From the human T2T-CHM13v2.0 reference genome, Homo sapiens, in assembly GCF_009914755.1 (NCBI RefSeq), contig NC_060933.1: a DNA stretch of 64,000 nt. One strand, given 5' to 3'. This document shows positions 30,649 through 44,329 of this stretch, one piece after another; the first letter of the stretch is position 1; each line of letters starts with the position of its first letter. The position numbers were made by a program, and so were the translations under genes. The notes under the pieces are model-generated. The model saw nothing but the letters and a program-made list of their open reading frames with translations. It did not search any database and was not told the DNA's origin.

Positions 30649-30896
30649 GGCCAGGCACGGTGGCTTGTGCCTGTACTCCTAGCACTTTGGGAGGCCGAGG
30701 CAGGATCACTTGAGGTCAGGATTTCGAGACCAGCCTGGCTGTTATGGTGAAACCCCGTCTCTACTAAAAATACAAAAATTAGCCAGAAATAGCTTGAACC
30801 TGGGAGATGGAGGTTGCAGTGAGCCAAAATTGCACCACTGTACTCCAGCCTGGGCAACACAGTGAGACTCTGTCTCAAAAATAGAATAGAATAAAA
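30649..30896 (+). mobile_element. AluS with an internal deletion of about 50 bp at the start of the right arm
   Basis: aattagccag is joined directly to aaatagcttgaacc; TSD taaaaaggatt at 30638-30648 and 30897-30907. Confidence 0.92.
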
Positions 30897-31712
30897 TAAA
30901 AAGGATTTAGTGACAAGATCAGATGTGAGAGGCAAAAGAGAGAAAGGTCTCAAAAACCAGGAGACAGGATCCAATAGGTAGCTCTGGGTGTCCAGGCTTG
31001 AGCTGCCAGCAGGATCTTGAGGTGAGAGAAATGGAAGCTTCATTTCCTCACTCCTCATTTTGATTTGTATAAATTGCTCCTGTGTTTTCTTTTGCCCTCC
31101 TCTTTTAGCTTTCTTCCTTTCCTTCTTCCTTTTTATTTCCTCCTCTGTCTTAATCCTCTTTTAGAAGCAAAAAGCAATGGAAGGCAAGCTCCACATTTAG
31201 CTAGCAGGAACAAATTATTCCTAACTGTTTTCTTGGCTTCAGCTCCCTATTCTGTTGCCAGTTTTCTTCCTAAAATACAAATATGACCATATCATTCTCC
31301 TGCACCATAACCTCCGAATCACCCATAGGACAGATTTAAAAATCAATAATATGGCTTAAGAGTCACGGATGAAATTGTTGCTTTCTTGCTAAATAGGAAG
31401 TTGAATTAGCTAATCATATTGAGCATTTAGTATTAGACAGAGAAACAAATCCAATAGGCATGAGAGAGAGAGACATGGGAGTGAAATGAAGACCCCTACA
31501 ATGGATAATGATTAATTCATATAATCACACTCACCCCTACAAACAATTCTACTGAGAAATTCCAGATGTTGAAATTAATCCTTACACAAACTTGAGACAT
31601 ATTTCTTCAGAAAATTATTAAATGATAGTTTAGAAGCATCTAATGAGATATTATTGATTTAGCAGCCTCAGATGCAGTGTTTTCCAATTTCTCCCCATAT
31701 AAGGACAAAGGC

Positions 31713-31745
31713 ACACACATATGCACATGCATACACATGCACACA

Positions 31746-31785
<40 letters not shown>
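31713..31785. repeat. (CA)n microsatellite with an imperfect 5' part
   Basis: Direct inspection. Confidence 0.95.
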
Positions 31786-31787
<2 letters not shown>

Positions 31788-32629
31788 GATTATGAAAACT
31801 TATAACACTAAAATTCAAGCCTGATAGTAAAATTTTTGTCAAAATCCAGGACAAAAATTAAACAAGACCTATTGAGTAAAATTGAAAAGGAAAATCTGTG
31901 TCTTACATATGGTTTGTTGTTTGCAAAAGAGCAAGCTCATGGCCTGAAAGAAGATATAAAGATTTTAAAAGTAATTTCCATATTGTTTTTCTCCTAAATC
32001 AGAGATCCAGAAACAGAACAACTCAAGAAATAGGAAGCCTGTCTCTATCATGCAGATAGAGTGAAACTGCCTTATAGGTACATTCAATTTATCTATATTA
32101 AAATAAACAGGCTCAGAAGAGAGAGGTGGGAGGGAGAAAATATGAATTTAAATAGTACTGATAATTCTCATTCCCTTAAATAAGTGTGCTACTTATTATA
32201 TTATGGTATATTATTTATATTATCACATACTTTAATGTAGCTATATTATTTTTCATATTGTATACACAAAACCATATATGTCAAGCTAAATAGGTAATTT
32301 AAAAGATTTTAAAATGTAATTTTTCTACACTTTGAATTGAATCTTCATTTCTAGTGGAGATGAAACTCCACTCTACTCCATTAATTTTGCAGGTTTTGTT
32401 CCATCATAATCTGGTTAGACATTGTTTCAGAGCCTGAAATTTCCAAAAGAATAGGGCAGGAAATATGGCTGGGGAATGTGTGTGCTGCCATGCACTCGTA
32501 GAATGAAATCCCAAGTAAGTGCAGAGCTGCAGGGAGAGAGGAGTCACCAAGAAGTTGGTTCAAAGCATCAAAGAATCATTCAGTGGTGTGGGAGAAGATT
32601 GCTTAACCCGCTATGGATCAGACTGTAAA

Positions 32630-33190
32630 TATTAAAGTTCCATATACAGAAAAATCAGGCAAGAGTGGTAAAAATATTTGGAAAAAGAAAATGATAGGCC
32701 TTGCTTTGGAGGATATTAGAACACATTAGAAAATGTCATTTTTATAAAGCAATAATAATTAAAACAGGGAAGCACTAATAGGTACTAATAGGTACTAATG
32801 GAGTATTAAATTACTGTGTTATAAATTAAAATAATAAAGAAATAGGGAAGGAAATAGGATATTAGAATTTGAGAAAATAGATTAGTTAGAAAAATAACAA
32901 TTAAATTTCTCATTACATCATATATTAAAAATATGTTCCAGGCCATTAAAGAGCTAAAAGTACAATATCAAATCATTAAAAGATAGACCAAAAGGTAAAT
33001 ATGTATCAGAAATTACAATAATAAAAGGAAAACATTGAATTATCACAGCACACCGTATTTTTAGTTTTAAACACCTATCATAAAAAATAAAGGAACATGA
33101 AAAACAAGAGAATATTAGTAATAAATTGGGTAGACAAAGAGTTAATGTTCACCAAATGTATAAAACATTTACTAGTCAATAAGGAAATAG
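32630..33190 (+). mobile_element. Ancient L1M ORF2-region relic
   Basis: A-rich degenerate L1-like phrases (ttggaaaaagaaaa...; attaaagagctaaaag; gacaaagagttaat). Confidence 0.45.
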
Positions 33191-33799
33191 AAGCCTTTAC
33201 TGAACACTTATTCAATCATGAAAAATAATTTTAAGCTCCTACCTTGAGCCATGACCTCTGCATGGCATTTCCTGTTGTCTCTATGGTGGATGAGAGATAG
33301 ACAATATGTAACTAACTATATGAATAAACACTTCCTATAACTAGAAGTCATGAAAATTACTGTAAATGAAATAATAGGGTCCAGCAAAACTAGGAGAGGA
33401 AGAAGAAACTAGGAAATATTAATTTAGTAATTATGATTTGTAGGGGTTGGGAGAGACGAGTATTTGTACTATACAAGCGTTCTTTAATTGGGACTTAAGA
33501 AAAAAACGAGATGTATTTGAAAACAATTGATCACTATATAGGTAAATATATATAATGATTTATAAAAGTAAACACATTTAACTAAAAATGTAGTCTCATT
33601 TTGACCATCCATTCTTCTTTGACTGGGTACTGTCTTCCTAGTCTCAGATAAATGGTTGGAGCCACCATCTGCTTCTATATTTCCTGTGCGATTCTGCATT
33701 GTCCTCTTCAGCAGGTTCTACAGTGTCCTTAAGTTCTAAGTTTTCCTTGCTGGTGGGGCCACTGTCTTCTTCAGCAGTTGGGCTTTTCTGTCCTCTTTT

Positions 33800-34050
33800 G
33801 AGAAGCAGTATAGAGGTTAGGACTTAGTAGTCAGGGCAACCTATGCTTAAGTTCTGTCTCCATGATTTATGCACCATGTGGCCTTTTGTAAGTCATTTAG
33901 TATCTCTGAGTCATACCTCCCTCATCTCTAAAATGAGGACAATGCTACTTCCTAACTTATGGATTCATTTTGAGAATTAAATGTAAGAATGTGAGAATGC
34001 ATGGAAAGTGCCTGGCGCAGAGTGAGGGCCCATAAGTAGTAGTTGTTACA
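33800..34050 (+). mobile_element. MIR
   Basis: aagtcatttagtatctctgagtc...ctcatctctaaaatgagga...gagaattaaatg...aaagtgcctggc. Confidence 0.78.
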
Positions 34051-35133
34051 ATTGACTTACAGAGTTTAGTCACTGTTGGAAGTGACTGACTGCAATACAG
34101 TATTTTTCTTTGCTTTTGCTCCTTCTCCTTTTTCTTGTCTATTTTCATACAATGGTCTCAGCAATAGATATCTTTTACAAACATAAATTACACCAACTTC
34201 TCAGCAGGAAAACAGAAGTGCTCTGTAACATATTGGGAGAGGCTGTTTATTTGGGAGATACTATGTTTACAGTAGAGTCCTCCCCACACCCCCAACTCTT
34301 CTTTCTTTAGTAACAAGCTCCAGTACCAGTCAGCATGCAAGTTAAGGAATTCTTGGTGCCAACTCCTGGAGATCCCTCATCAGTCTTTGTTCTCTCAGAG
34401 AGCACAGATTCTGCTAGTTTGTGGATTAGTAAGAGTTTCAAAAACAGGATTGCCTGCAGGAAAGAGTTTGCCACAGAGCTTTGAGATATTCCCTGACTGA
34501 ATAAAAGAGGTGATGGGGCTGGGTTTAAGAGAAGAGAAAAGATGCAATTCTCTCAGCTCTTTCCTGGGCAAGGGGAACCAAATGAGCTAGGTCAAAGCCC
34601 AAAAAGCTCAAGTGAACATAATGTTTCCACTGCTTTTACCAGAGATGAAATTTCCTTCCTTTCATCCGTCTGCTGATTACTAAATACATTTGAGAGGCTC
34701 AGAACAGGCTTTCTACACAGCTATCGCTTCTCCTCAGCCAAAGAGGCTGCAGGAGGTTTTCTGTTTCTCATTATCTCACATCTCATTTGACCTATATTAT
34801 ACAGAAGACTTTTTCTTCTGAAAATTAAAGATTGTTCCTTTAGCAGCCCAGGCTTTTAAATAAATTAACTATTCTTATGGTTACATTAAGGACACAGACA
34901 AGCATAAGGTGTAGTCCCTGCCCAGAAATTGTAATTTAATAATAATTATACAAATGAAGAGCTAATACCTACTGATGTCCCTAGTGCCTTATGCATATTA
35001 TTTTATTTCATCCTCACAATGGCCTCATGAGGTGACTGCAATGATCATCCCCCTTTAATAGAAGACAAAATCAAGGTTCAGAAAAAGTGAGTAATTTTCC
35101 CAAGGTGGCACAGCTACTAAGAAATAGAGCTTG

Positions 35134-35438
35134 GGCCAGGTGTAGTGGCTCATGCCTTTAATTCCAGTGCTTTGGGAGGCTGAGGTGGTAGATCACCTGA
35201 GGTCATGAGTTTGAGACCAGCCTGGCTAAGATGGTGAAACCCCATCTCAGCTAAAATATATATATATATATATATATATTGCACGGAGGGGTCACACGTG
35301 CCTGTAATCCCAGCTACTCAGGAAACTGAGGAACGAGAGTTGCTTGAGTCTGGAGGCAGAGGTTGCAGTGAGTCAAGATTGTGCCACTGCACTTCAGCCT
35401 GGGTGCAGAGTGAGACTCTGTCTAAAAGAAAAAAAAAA
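35134..35438 (+). mobile_element. AluS with a (TA)n expansion in the middle linker, inserted into a minus-strand MIR (about 34960-35510)
   Basis: Alu dimer; TSD aaatagagc(t/c)tg. Confidence 0.92.
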
Positions 35439-38400
35439 TAGAGCCTGAATTCAAAACCACAATTTGTTGGACTCAAAAGCCTGTGCTTTTACCTATTATT
35501 CTATACTGTTCCCTCTACTTGATAAAAGCAACATGTGCAGTAGATCCTTGACATTTGTAGATTTAATAATTTCCAATTATTTGCCAGTAATCCTAAAGGC
35601 CCATGGAATAAAGCCACTTGTAAGGTGTCTGAGGCATGAGTTAGAATGACATTCCCTGTGTTTCTGGGCCATGGGAGTCAGGGAGTCTCCAGCCTGCTGC
35701 CCAGTGTGCACATGGCTTCCCAGCTGTTTTCTTTGCTCATCCTCCCATATGTAGCAATTCTTGTGAAATGATGAAACTTGTATTTCTTCATGAACAACAC
35801 TTTAAAAAAGAATGATAGTTGCATAATTAATGACATCAGTTTTGTGTTTGGTAGAGTAAGCAAGTTTGGAAAAGCTCACCTAAAGTTTTCATTTCAATTC
35901 TACTGAATTTCATGGTCAAAATTATATTCTAGACTATGTTCAACACCACATATGGGGATGTCAACAAAGATCTTAGCACATATCTCTCAGGATTTTTGAG
36001 TGGCTGATATATTAAAGAATATATAACAGAGCAGTACAATATAATGAATGTTTCAGAAGGCAGGATTATCCCTGCATGGTGCAGTTGACATAATATTGCT
36101 GGCAATGCTAGGTATGGTCTATTTCATTGCAGCAGTGTTGGAAAGGCTGAAAGGTTTGGTGATCTGGAACAGGGCCCACTTCTTAAAATAGAGTATACAC
36201 AATTAGAAGAAAGTGTTGGCATGCACAACACCACTGTCTTCAAAGACAGCCAGCTTATTTATTCATACAACAAATTATTTTAAAGTCCATTTTATACCAG
36301 GCTATGGGTAAAGAATTGCATGTCTTCAGGCAGAAGAAATAGCAGGAGCATGCATATTACATTCTTTGAGCTAACCAATTCTTCTGAGCCCCAGGATGAT
36401 TTACAGAAAGGAGTGTCGGGCATAACAGGTTGATTGTTGGTAATCACTCAAGCTACCTGCACCAAGCTTCTAATCATGGACTTTTTTCCCATGATAATTC
36501 CACCTAATTATTGATACCCAACTCATTCATCTACACATCATCCCATTTCTGCCTTTTGTTCAGTATGGTTACACTTTGTTTCTCTCACCCAAACCATGGT
36601 AATCTTGAAAGCATTTGACTCACTCATTCTCTGGGTCCTATTCTCCCAGCCCACTCATATAAATTATGCCCCACACAAATACAACTTTTGGGGCTTAAAA
36701 AATGCCACCAACATACTTGGGAATGAGAGAGCTTTGATCAAAGGGCATGGCTACAGAAGATATTTAGTCATATGGTGACTTAGGAGGGCAGTCTGTTCAG
36801 GCAAGATGTTCCAACATGGGGAAGGGTAATCCAAGAACAGATAATCATTAGAAATGTGGGCATTTGACATAAAGAAAGACTATTAGTAAGCAATGAAATC
36901 CAAAACCTTGGTCAGAACTTCAGAGAGTCACTGCAATCTTCAGGAGCGTCTAGAAAGAGGTGGCTTTATTTGGAGTCACTCACATCTTCATTTGAATTAT
37001 TGTTCTTCGATTTACCAATTATATATGTGAGACCTTGTGAAAACCATTTTCCTCTTTTGCGTAATGAAAATGGTACTGTTTACCTTATAACTTTTGTAAA
37101 GATTGAATAGCATGTATGCAAAGCATCAGTACAGTCATACCCAGAAAGTGTTAGTTTATAATGATGGTGACCATGTTGAGATTAGGAAGTTTACACTAAG
37201 AGACCTGATGTGCAAGAGCTAGAGTGGTGGTGCATTCAGTTCATTTAACAAGCACTTGAGTACCTATTTTGTGTCAGGCACTGGCTACTGATTGCTGAGA
37301 CTACAGTAGTGAAAATAATCAATACGGTCTTTTCTTTCAGGATTTTAAAATCTAGGGGGCAGTATTATCAGCACCAAGAAACAAATTGAGGAATAGATTA
37401 GGAATAAGACAGTAGCAGACAAGAAATAAGGCCCCCAGTTTGAGCCAGTCTAAAAGGAATGGTGATGTAATTTTTGAGTTTTAGATTTGAGACAAATATC
37501 TTCATTCCAGCCTACATTTTAGACTAGCCCTGGTTACTAGAGCAAGACCAAGTCCGCAGGTGGAGGTCAAAGGACCATAGATGAGTGGAAAGAGAGGAGG
37601 TGGCTGGAAATGTGACAGCAGAACCTGACAATTAAGGAAGCTTCATCACATGCCTGACACGTAGTAACTGCTTGATAAATATTAGCCTTATTATTACTAT
37701 TGTTAATTATCATTAGCAAACTTCTTTGTGCTGACGTAATTGATCCTTTCCCAATGACTCGTAGTATTCTGATGTCAACACCAGTCATTATGCCTGGAAG
37801 CCAGACCATAATGTGCTCAGAGGCTACAGAGACAACTGGTTTCCATGTTGACTGAATCAAGTGGAGCCAAGCTTTTGGAAATGCTGGAGCTCTCGAGCCT
37901 CTTTAGAAAATGCATTTTCTCTCTTTCTTGCCAGTGTTAGGTACTTGCTATCCCTTTTGCTATGTCACTGTGCCTACCTTCATTACTCCCTTGCACTCTC
38001 TTTTAATATGCTTTGAGCTAAAGAGAAAGCCTACCTAGCATGTTACAATTTCATTTCATGAGAGTAAAATACATCAGAGACTATCTCATAGGCGAAATAG
38101 ACCAGCATTAGCAGCACTGAGGAGGGTAAGGACCGGATTAGAGATCCGGACTCTTGTCAGGAACTTGGACTTGCATTTTTCAACTTTGAAAGGGGAATAA
38201 TACTAATTGTCAAACAACTACTTCAGAGAGATGTGGGGACCACATGATATTATGCATGTGAAAGTGCTTTATGAAGTGGAGAATATTATAAAAATAGAAG
38301 ACATAATGCATTTGCTTATCTGTTTCCTGGACAGTAGGAATAGTGGAATCAATAACCCAGTCAGGGATGAAAGAGGCATTTCTGCAGTAGGATGTTAAAG

Positions 38401-40428
38401 CTAGATATAATTTTCAAATCTGATGCCAACTTCTTAATCTGTATATCATAAAGAGTAAGATTATTTGCTGAATTTTAAGAACTTTTGGAATAAAGATGTT
38501 GCTCTAGGACTGATTTTAGTTCCTAATTCACCACCTTGGTTTGGTCAAATTAAGTAACATCTGAAGGAACATACACAGGCAGATGATTTACAAGATAATT
38601 AAAATTTATTGAATATTAACATCATTGTTACAGACATTCACTGTGACAAACTTGGACATATTTTCTTATAATGGGAACTATTGAAATATGCGCCAGATAA
38701 TTAAACTGTCTAGCATGCAAGTTAAATTCCCTATAGAAATTTGATTACTTTATGTCAATGCAGCCTGAAACTATTATTAAGAGATGGCATATGTCACATG
38801 CTAATTTGCTTTATTGCATTAAGAATGAAAACTCAGCTAAATGCTGATTATTTTTATTTTAAAGACCCTCTAGAACTGATACCATAGTTGACATAAACTT
38901 TTTCTCTCAATTCCATACTCTCAAGACATTTAAAACATTGATATAAGGATGTTTTGTATGTCAAAATCACAGTTCAACTAATTGTGATGTAATATGCCTT
39001 TTATATATATTGGTTTATCACTTCAGAATAATTTCATAATTATTAAATCAGCTTTACTGTATAATGGCTTATTTCATTTGAGAATTCAAACACTTTTTAT
39101 TGATTCACATTCATTGCTTGCTACCTGACATTGACGAGCTTAACACTAGAAATAGTATTAGTATGACATTAAGCAGTATCTCAATACATTTCTATTTTAA
39201 CACCTTATTTCAAAACTTGTGATCTATTAATTATGATTACACTTTGCTGCAATGACATTTTATTTCACTTTAATTGTGGAATACATCAGTATAGTTAACT
39301 CTTTGTACCTTTCAAATCATGGTTGAAAGTAAAGAGACATTGAGAATGTTGAATTTAGTTCTTAAAGTCTTTGGTCACAGAGGCAATACTTTCCCATGAA
39401 TTAGTAATCAAACTCAAAGGCTCTTCAAGCAGCTCTGATGACCTCAGGCCCAGGACCATGAATCCTAAATGAACAGGTCTGTGTCTTTCAGGAAGGTCTA
39501 CGTGAGCATTGTTACGGAATAAGAAATGAAAAAAATGTCTGGTTGGCTACTTTTCAAATATAACATTTGGGTTTCATCTGGCCCTTGTTGTAAACTCACT
39601 TGTCAAATCATTGCCTGCATCCACTGAAGCCCAGTATAATCACAAAGGGCAGAAATATTTAGTTTCAACAGTCCACCAGAAACCAATTAGTGCACTTATG
39701 ACTTTGTCATTTGGTTTGGAAGGGAACTTAAAGCTCACCTATATCAAACTCTTGTACAGTTTATAGAATGCCACAAATTAAGGGGCAGGAGTGAATTAGA
39801 GGCATTTCTCTTTCTATTATAAAGGTTAATAATTTGTTGAGTTGAGATCATCCATCTTCAATATAATTTTTAATGAGTATGACTTAATTTTAATATGTAT
39901 AAATGATACTTGTGGTTAATTTTACCTCCTGAATTTTAAAGGAAAGATTCTGGCTTAGCTAAAACATGCACACTCCAACACCTCTCTGTAATGCTTAAGC
40001 CACACATAATTGCCATTTATAAGAGAGGAATAAAGAACACACTGATTTATGAAGTTACTAATTTTTCTTCTCCACTGTGACAAACATACAATCACATGTC
40101 TTATGAGGACAGAAACATTAATTACTAATATAGTTAATGCAAAAAAAGTCCAAATCTAGTCAAATACATTTTCTGGGTTTACATAAGATTTACTGTAAGA
40201 ATCCTGAAATTATTTCTGCCTGAAATTGTTTGCTATTTAATATCCTCATTTTGTTAGCATTACTTAGCATCTATTGGTGTTATTTTCTTTGAGATGCTTG
40301 CATATTACATCAAAAGCTTTTAGAATTTAAAATGGAAAGAATTTCCAAAGACTATTATTACATTTCCTAGAGTAGTCCAGTGAGCACAGACTGACAAAGA
40401 AAGCAGGGACCTTGAGAGATCCTTATTA

Positions 40429-41528
40429 CAGTCGTGCGTCACTTAACGATGAGGGTACTGTCATTAGGTAATTTCATCATATGAACATCATAGCGTGCAC
40501 TTACACAAGCCTAGATGGCATAACCTACTACACCCCTAGGCTACATAGTATAACCTATTACTCCTAGGCTGCAGACTTGAACAGCATGTTACTATGCTGA
40601 ATACTGTAGTCAATTACAACATAATGGTATCTAAACATATCTGAACACTGTACATTTAGGCTACACAAAGTTTATTTATTTATTTATTTTTGAGACAGAG
40701 TCTCACTCTCTCAGCCAGGCTGGAGTGCAGTGGCGGGATCTTTGTCTCACTATAACCTCCGGCTCCTGGGTTCAAGCGATTCTTCTGCCTCAGCCTCCCA
40801 AGTAGATGGGACTACAGGTGCGAGCCACCACGCCTGGCTAATTTCTTGTATTTTTAGTAGAGATGGGGTTTCACCATGTTAGCCAGGATGGTCTCAATCT
40901 CCTGACCTCATGATCTGCCCACGTTGGTCTCCCAAAGTGCTGGGATTACAGGTGTGAGCCACTGCGCCTGGCCTACACTAAATTTATTAGAAAGTTTTCT
41001 TTCTTCAATAGTAAATTAACTTTAGTTTAATGTAACTCTAATTTTTAAAAAACCTTTTTGACTCTTGAAATAACACAGTATAAAACACATCGTAGAGCTG
41101 TACAAAAATGTTTTCTTCCTTTATATCCTTATTCTATAAGTTTTTTTGTATTAATTTGTTTTTATTTTTTAAAACTTTTTGTTAAAAATAAAGATATGAA
41201 CAGATATTAGCCTAGGCCTACACAGGTTCAGGATCATCCATATCACTGACTTCCACCTCTACCTCTTCTCCCACTGGAAGGTCTTCAATGACAATGCATG
41301 GGGCTGTCATTGCCCATGATAAAAATGCTGCCTTCTGGAATACCTCCTGAAGGACCTGCCTGAGGTTGTTTCACAATTAACTTAAAAAAAATAAGTAGAA
41401 GGAATAACCTCTAAAATAACAATAAACAGTATAGTAAATACTTGGTAATAGGTTTTCTTCAACTCCATTATAATTTATAGAATCACTGTTGTATATGTGG
41501 TCCATGAATGTTATGCAGCACATGACTG
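40429..41528. mobile_element. Tigger3/MER7-type non-autonomous DNA transposon, interrupted by an Alu
   Basis: TA|cagtcgtgcgtcacttaacga ... gttatgcagcacatgactg|TA termini; internal cctagatggcataacctactacac. Confidence 0.88.
40671..40973 (-). mobile_element. AluS (Sc-like) with (TTTA)n tail, nested in the Tigger3 element
   Basis: Antisense Alu dimer; degenerate TSD tacac(aaag/taaa)tttatt. Confidence 0.93.
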
Positions 41529-41819
41529 TATTTCTGGATAAAGAGAGAATTGCTAACCAGCCCTTATATCATAGTCTAGCATCTCAAAACACTAAATTCA
41601 TAATGCTGATGATTTATTTTATATCTTTCTTGTCTGGGTCATGGATGATCCTGAAGACTCAGGATCTCTTGCCTCCCTTCCCAGACTATGCATGAGCCAT
41701 CACAGCAGACTGTTATATATCCCCATGTATTCTAGCTGTCGTGCTTATCTTCTTTGAAGAACAACAGTGGTGTTTCTTGTCCTGTTTGTTAAATTGTCTA
41801 AATATATCTTAGTTTCTGA

Positions 41820-42250
41820 TGACCTTCAAAGCCATTCCAAAAAAACTTGGAATTCCCCAAATGCTCCAAGTTCTCTTGCCTCTACATCCACAGGTAAGTC
41901 ATTTTCTCTGCCCAGAACTTGCTTTGCCTCTTTTTTTTGCATCGTCAACTCCCAGTCAACTTTCAAGGCTGTGTTCAGGTTTCTTATGCGGTTAAACATC
42001 CCTTTCCTGCCTCATTCTCAAGGTGTATTACCTGTCTCTCTTCATCTTCTGCCCCATCACCCTCTGTACAACCCCCAATAACTTATTACATGTTATAGTC
42101 ATTATTAGTCTACTCATCTCTCTCCTTCCCTGGACTGTTCAGAAGACAGAGATGCTGTTTTATATAGTAAAATTCCAAATAACAGTGTCCAGAAAATGAC
42201 AGACTCACAGAAGAGATTTGCTGATTGAATGAATAAATGGGTAAATGGTG
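41820..42250 (+). mobile_element. L2 3' end
   Basis: ggactgttcagaagacagag...aacagtgtcc...tgaatgaataaatgg. Confidence 0.65.
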
Positions 42251-43212
42251 ATGTGTAGTTTAGATTTACAGGAAGAAGGCTGACCTTTGGCTGAAGAGTA
42301 TGTCTATTTTTTATGAGTCATTTTCCTTCCAAGTTGACAAATATGGTTTCTACCTAGAGGCAAGAGTAATTATGATTTGCTTTCCCATAAAATCGTATTC
42401 TATCAGGTGGCACAGATCTTTTCTGATGTCAATCAGAAAACTGGCACCTGAATGCTGAAAGAATTCACAAAATTGCTCAAGTGTATACATGTCTGAGGCA
42501 CTGGCTGGAAATACAGGCAAATCATGATATGTGCAAACTCAATGTGTGTCCTTCATTTACTTTATACTAAAGATGGTTGGGTGGAAAATATTTATTGTGC
42601 TTTATAAATTATTCATAATACAATTATTATGAATTATTCAAAATAGAATTTGTTTAAATGCTCAACACTGATATATATTTAAAATAATTCAATATAAGAA
42701 TGTATCAATATTGGGTCAACTTTTCAGTTATTTATCTGCTATCTAAAGCGAGGTACCATTATAGAACTGGAGACATAACTGAAATTTCAGTAATCCACAT
42801 AGAATGGTATCCTAATGAAGTAAAAATAGAAATGACAGTAAATAAAGAAGAAAATGTTAAGAGAAAGGAAAAGACAAAGAAAGATGTCAGAAGTTTTATC
42901 AAGATTTTAAATGCTAAAATAACACATCTATTATCATTATGGATCCTAGAAAGTACCTTAGTATTTTGCATAAAAGAGAAAGCAATTAGGTCTCTGTTTA
43001 CTTGGAGTTAGAGACACAATTACTCATGGTATGGAGGATGGGAGAAGGAAACATGGACAACTACCGCGAAACTTCTCCCCTCTTCTTGCCCCAGATTTGC
43101 CACTAAGGGTATATGTTGGAAATGCTTATTTTTTTCACAGGGAAATAAAGCTCAGATTACTATGAATCTAAGTGAGGTGGGCCCAGAATTAGTTTCTGAA
43201 GTGCCTGGTAAC

Positions 43213-43800
43213 TTTCTTTCTTTCTTTTAACTTTTAGGTTCAGGAGTACATGTGCAGGATGTGCAGATTTGTTACATAGGTAAACATATGTCATGGGGGT
43301 TTGTTGTACAGATTATTTCATCACCGACGTATTAAGTCTAGTACCCATTAGTTGTTTATCCTGATCTTCTCCCTCCTCCCACCCTCCAGTAGGCTGCTGT
43401 GTGTATTGTTCCCCTCTATGTGTCCATGTAGTCTCATCATTTAGCTCCCACTTGTAAGTGAGAACATGCCTAGCCATTGCAGAAAATTGAAACTGGGCCC
43501 CTACCTTTCACCATATACAAAAATCAACTCAAGATGGATTAAAAGCCTCACTGTAAAACCCCAAACTACGAAAACCCTAGAAAAACAAACAAACAAACAA
43601 ACAGACAAAAAACCTTGACAATACCATTCAGGACATTGGCACAGACAAAGATTTCATGATGAAGATGCCAAAAGCAGTTGCAACAAAAGCAAAAATTGAC
43701 AAATGGGACCTAATTAAGCCAAAGAGCTTCTGCACAGCAAAAGAAACTATCAACAGAGTAAACAGACAACATACAGAATAGGAGAAAATTTTTGCAAACT
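43213..43800 (-). mobile_element. 5'-inverted L1PA13-16-type insertion (3' end on minus 43213-43469; ORF2 segment on plus 43470-43800)
   Basis: An antisense 3'UTR abuts sense ORF2 sequence (ccatatacaaaaatcaactcaagatggattaaa...gagcttctgcacagcaaaagaaac); candidate TSD aactttc. Confidence 0.88.
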
Positions 43801-43981
43801 TTCAATTATATAGATGATTAGGAGTTTTTTCATTCCTCTCTCTTACCTCCCCAATGACCTTGTTCTGGAATCTGTATCAGCAGTCTCTCTCTATCCTGAG
43901 ATCTCCCATCAGCTTACAGATATTCTTAGTATCATCTACTTTCCTCCTTCAGCTTCTATTCCATACAGATTTTTTTTTTCA

Positions 43982-44316
<335 letters not shown>

Positions 44317-44329
44317 ATTTTTTTATTTA

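Noticed and set aside
30588-31058. 156-aa ORF, and similar ORFs at 24802, 26183, 43936 and 61200
   Set aside because: Translations of antisense Alu sequence ([16 protein letters not shown] type).
37368-37385. Partial REST/NRSE half-site tcagcacc
   Set aside because: Lacks the GGACAG second half.
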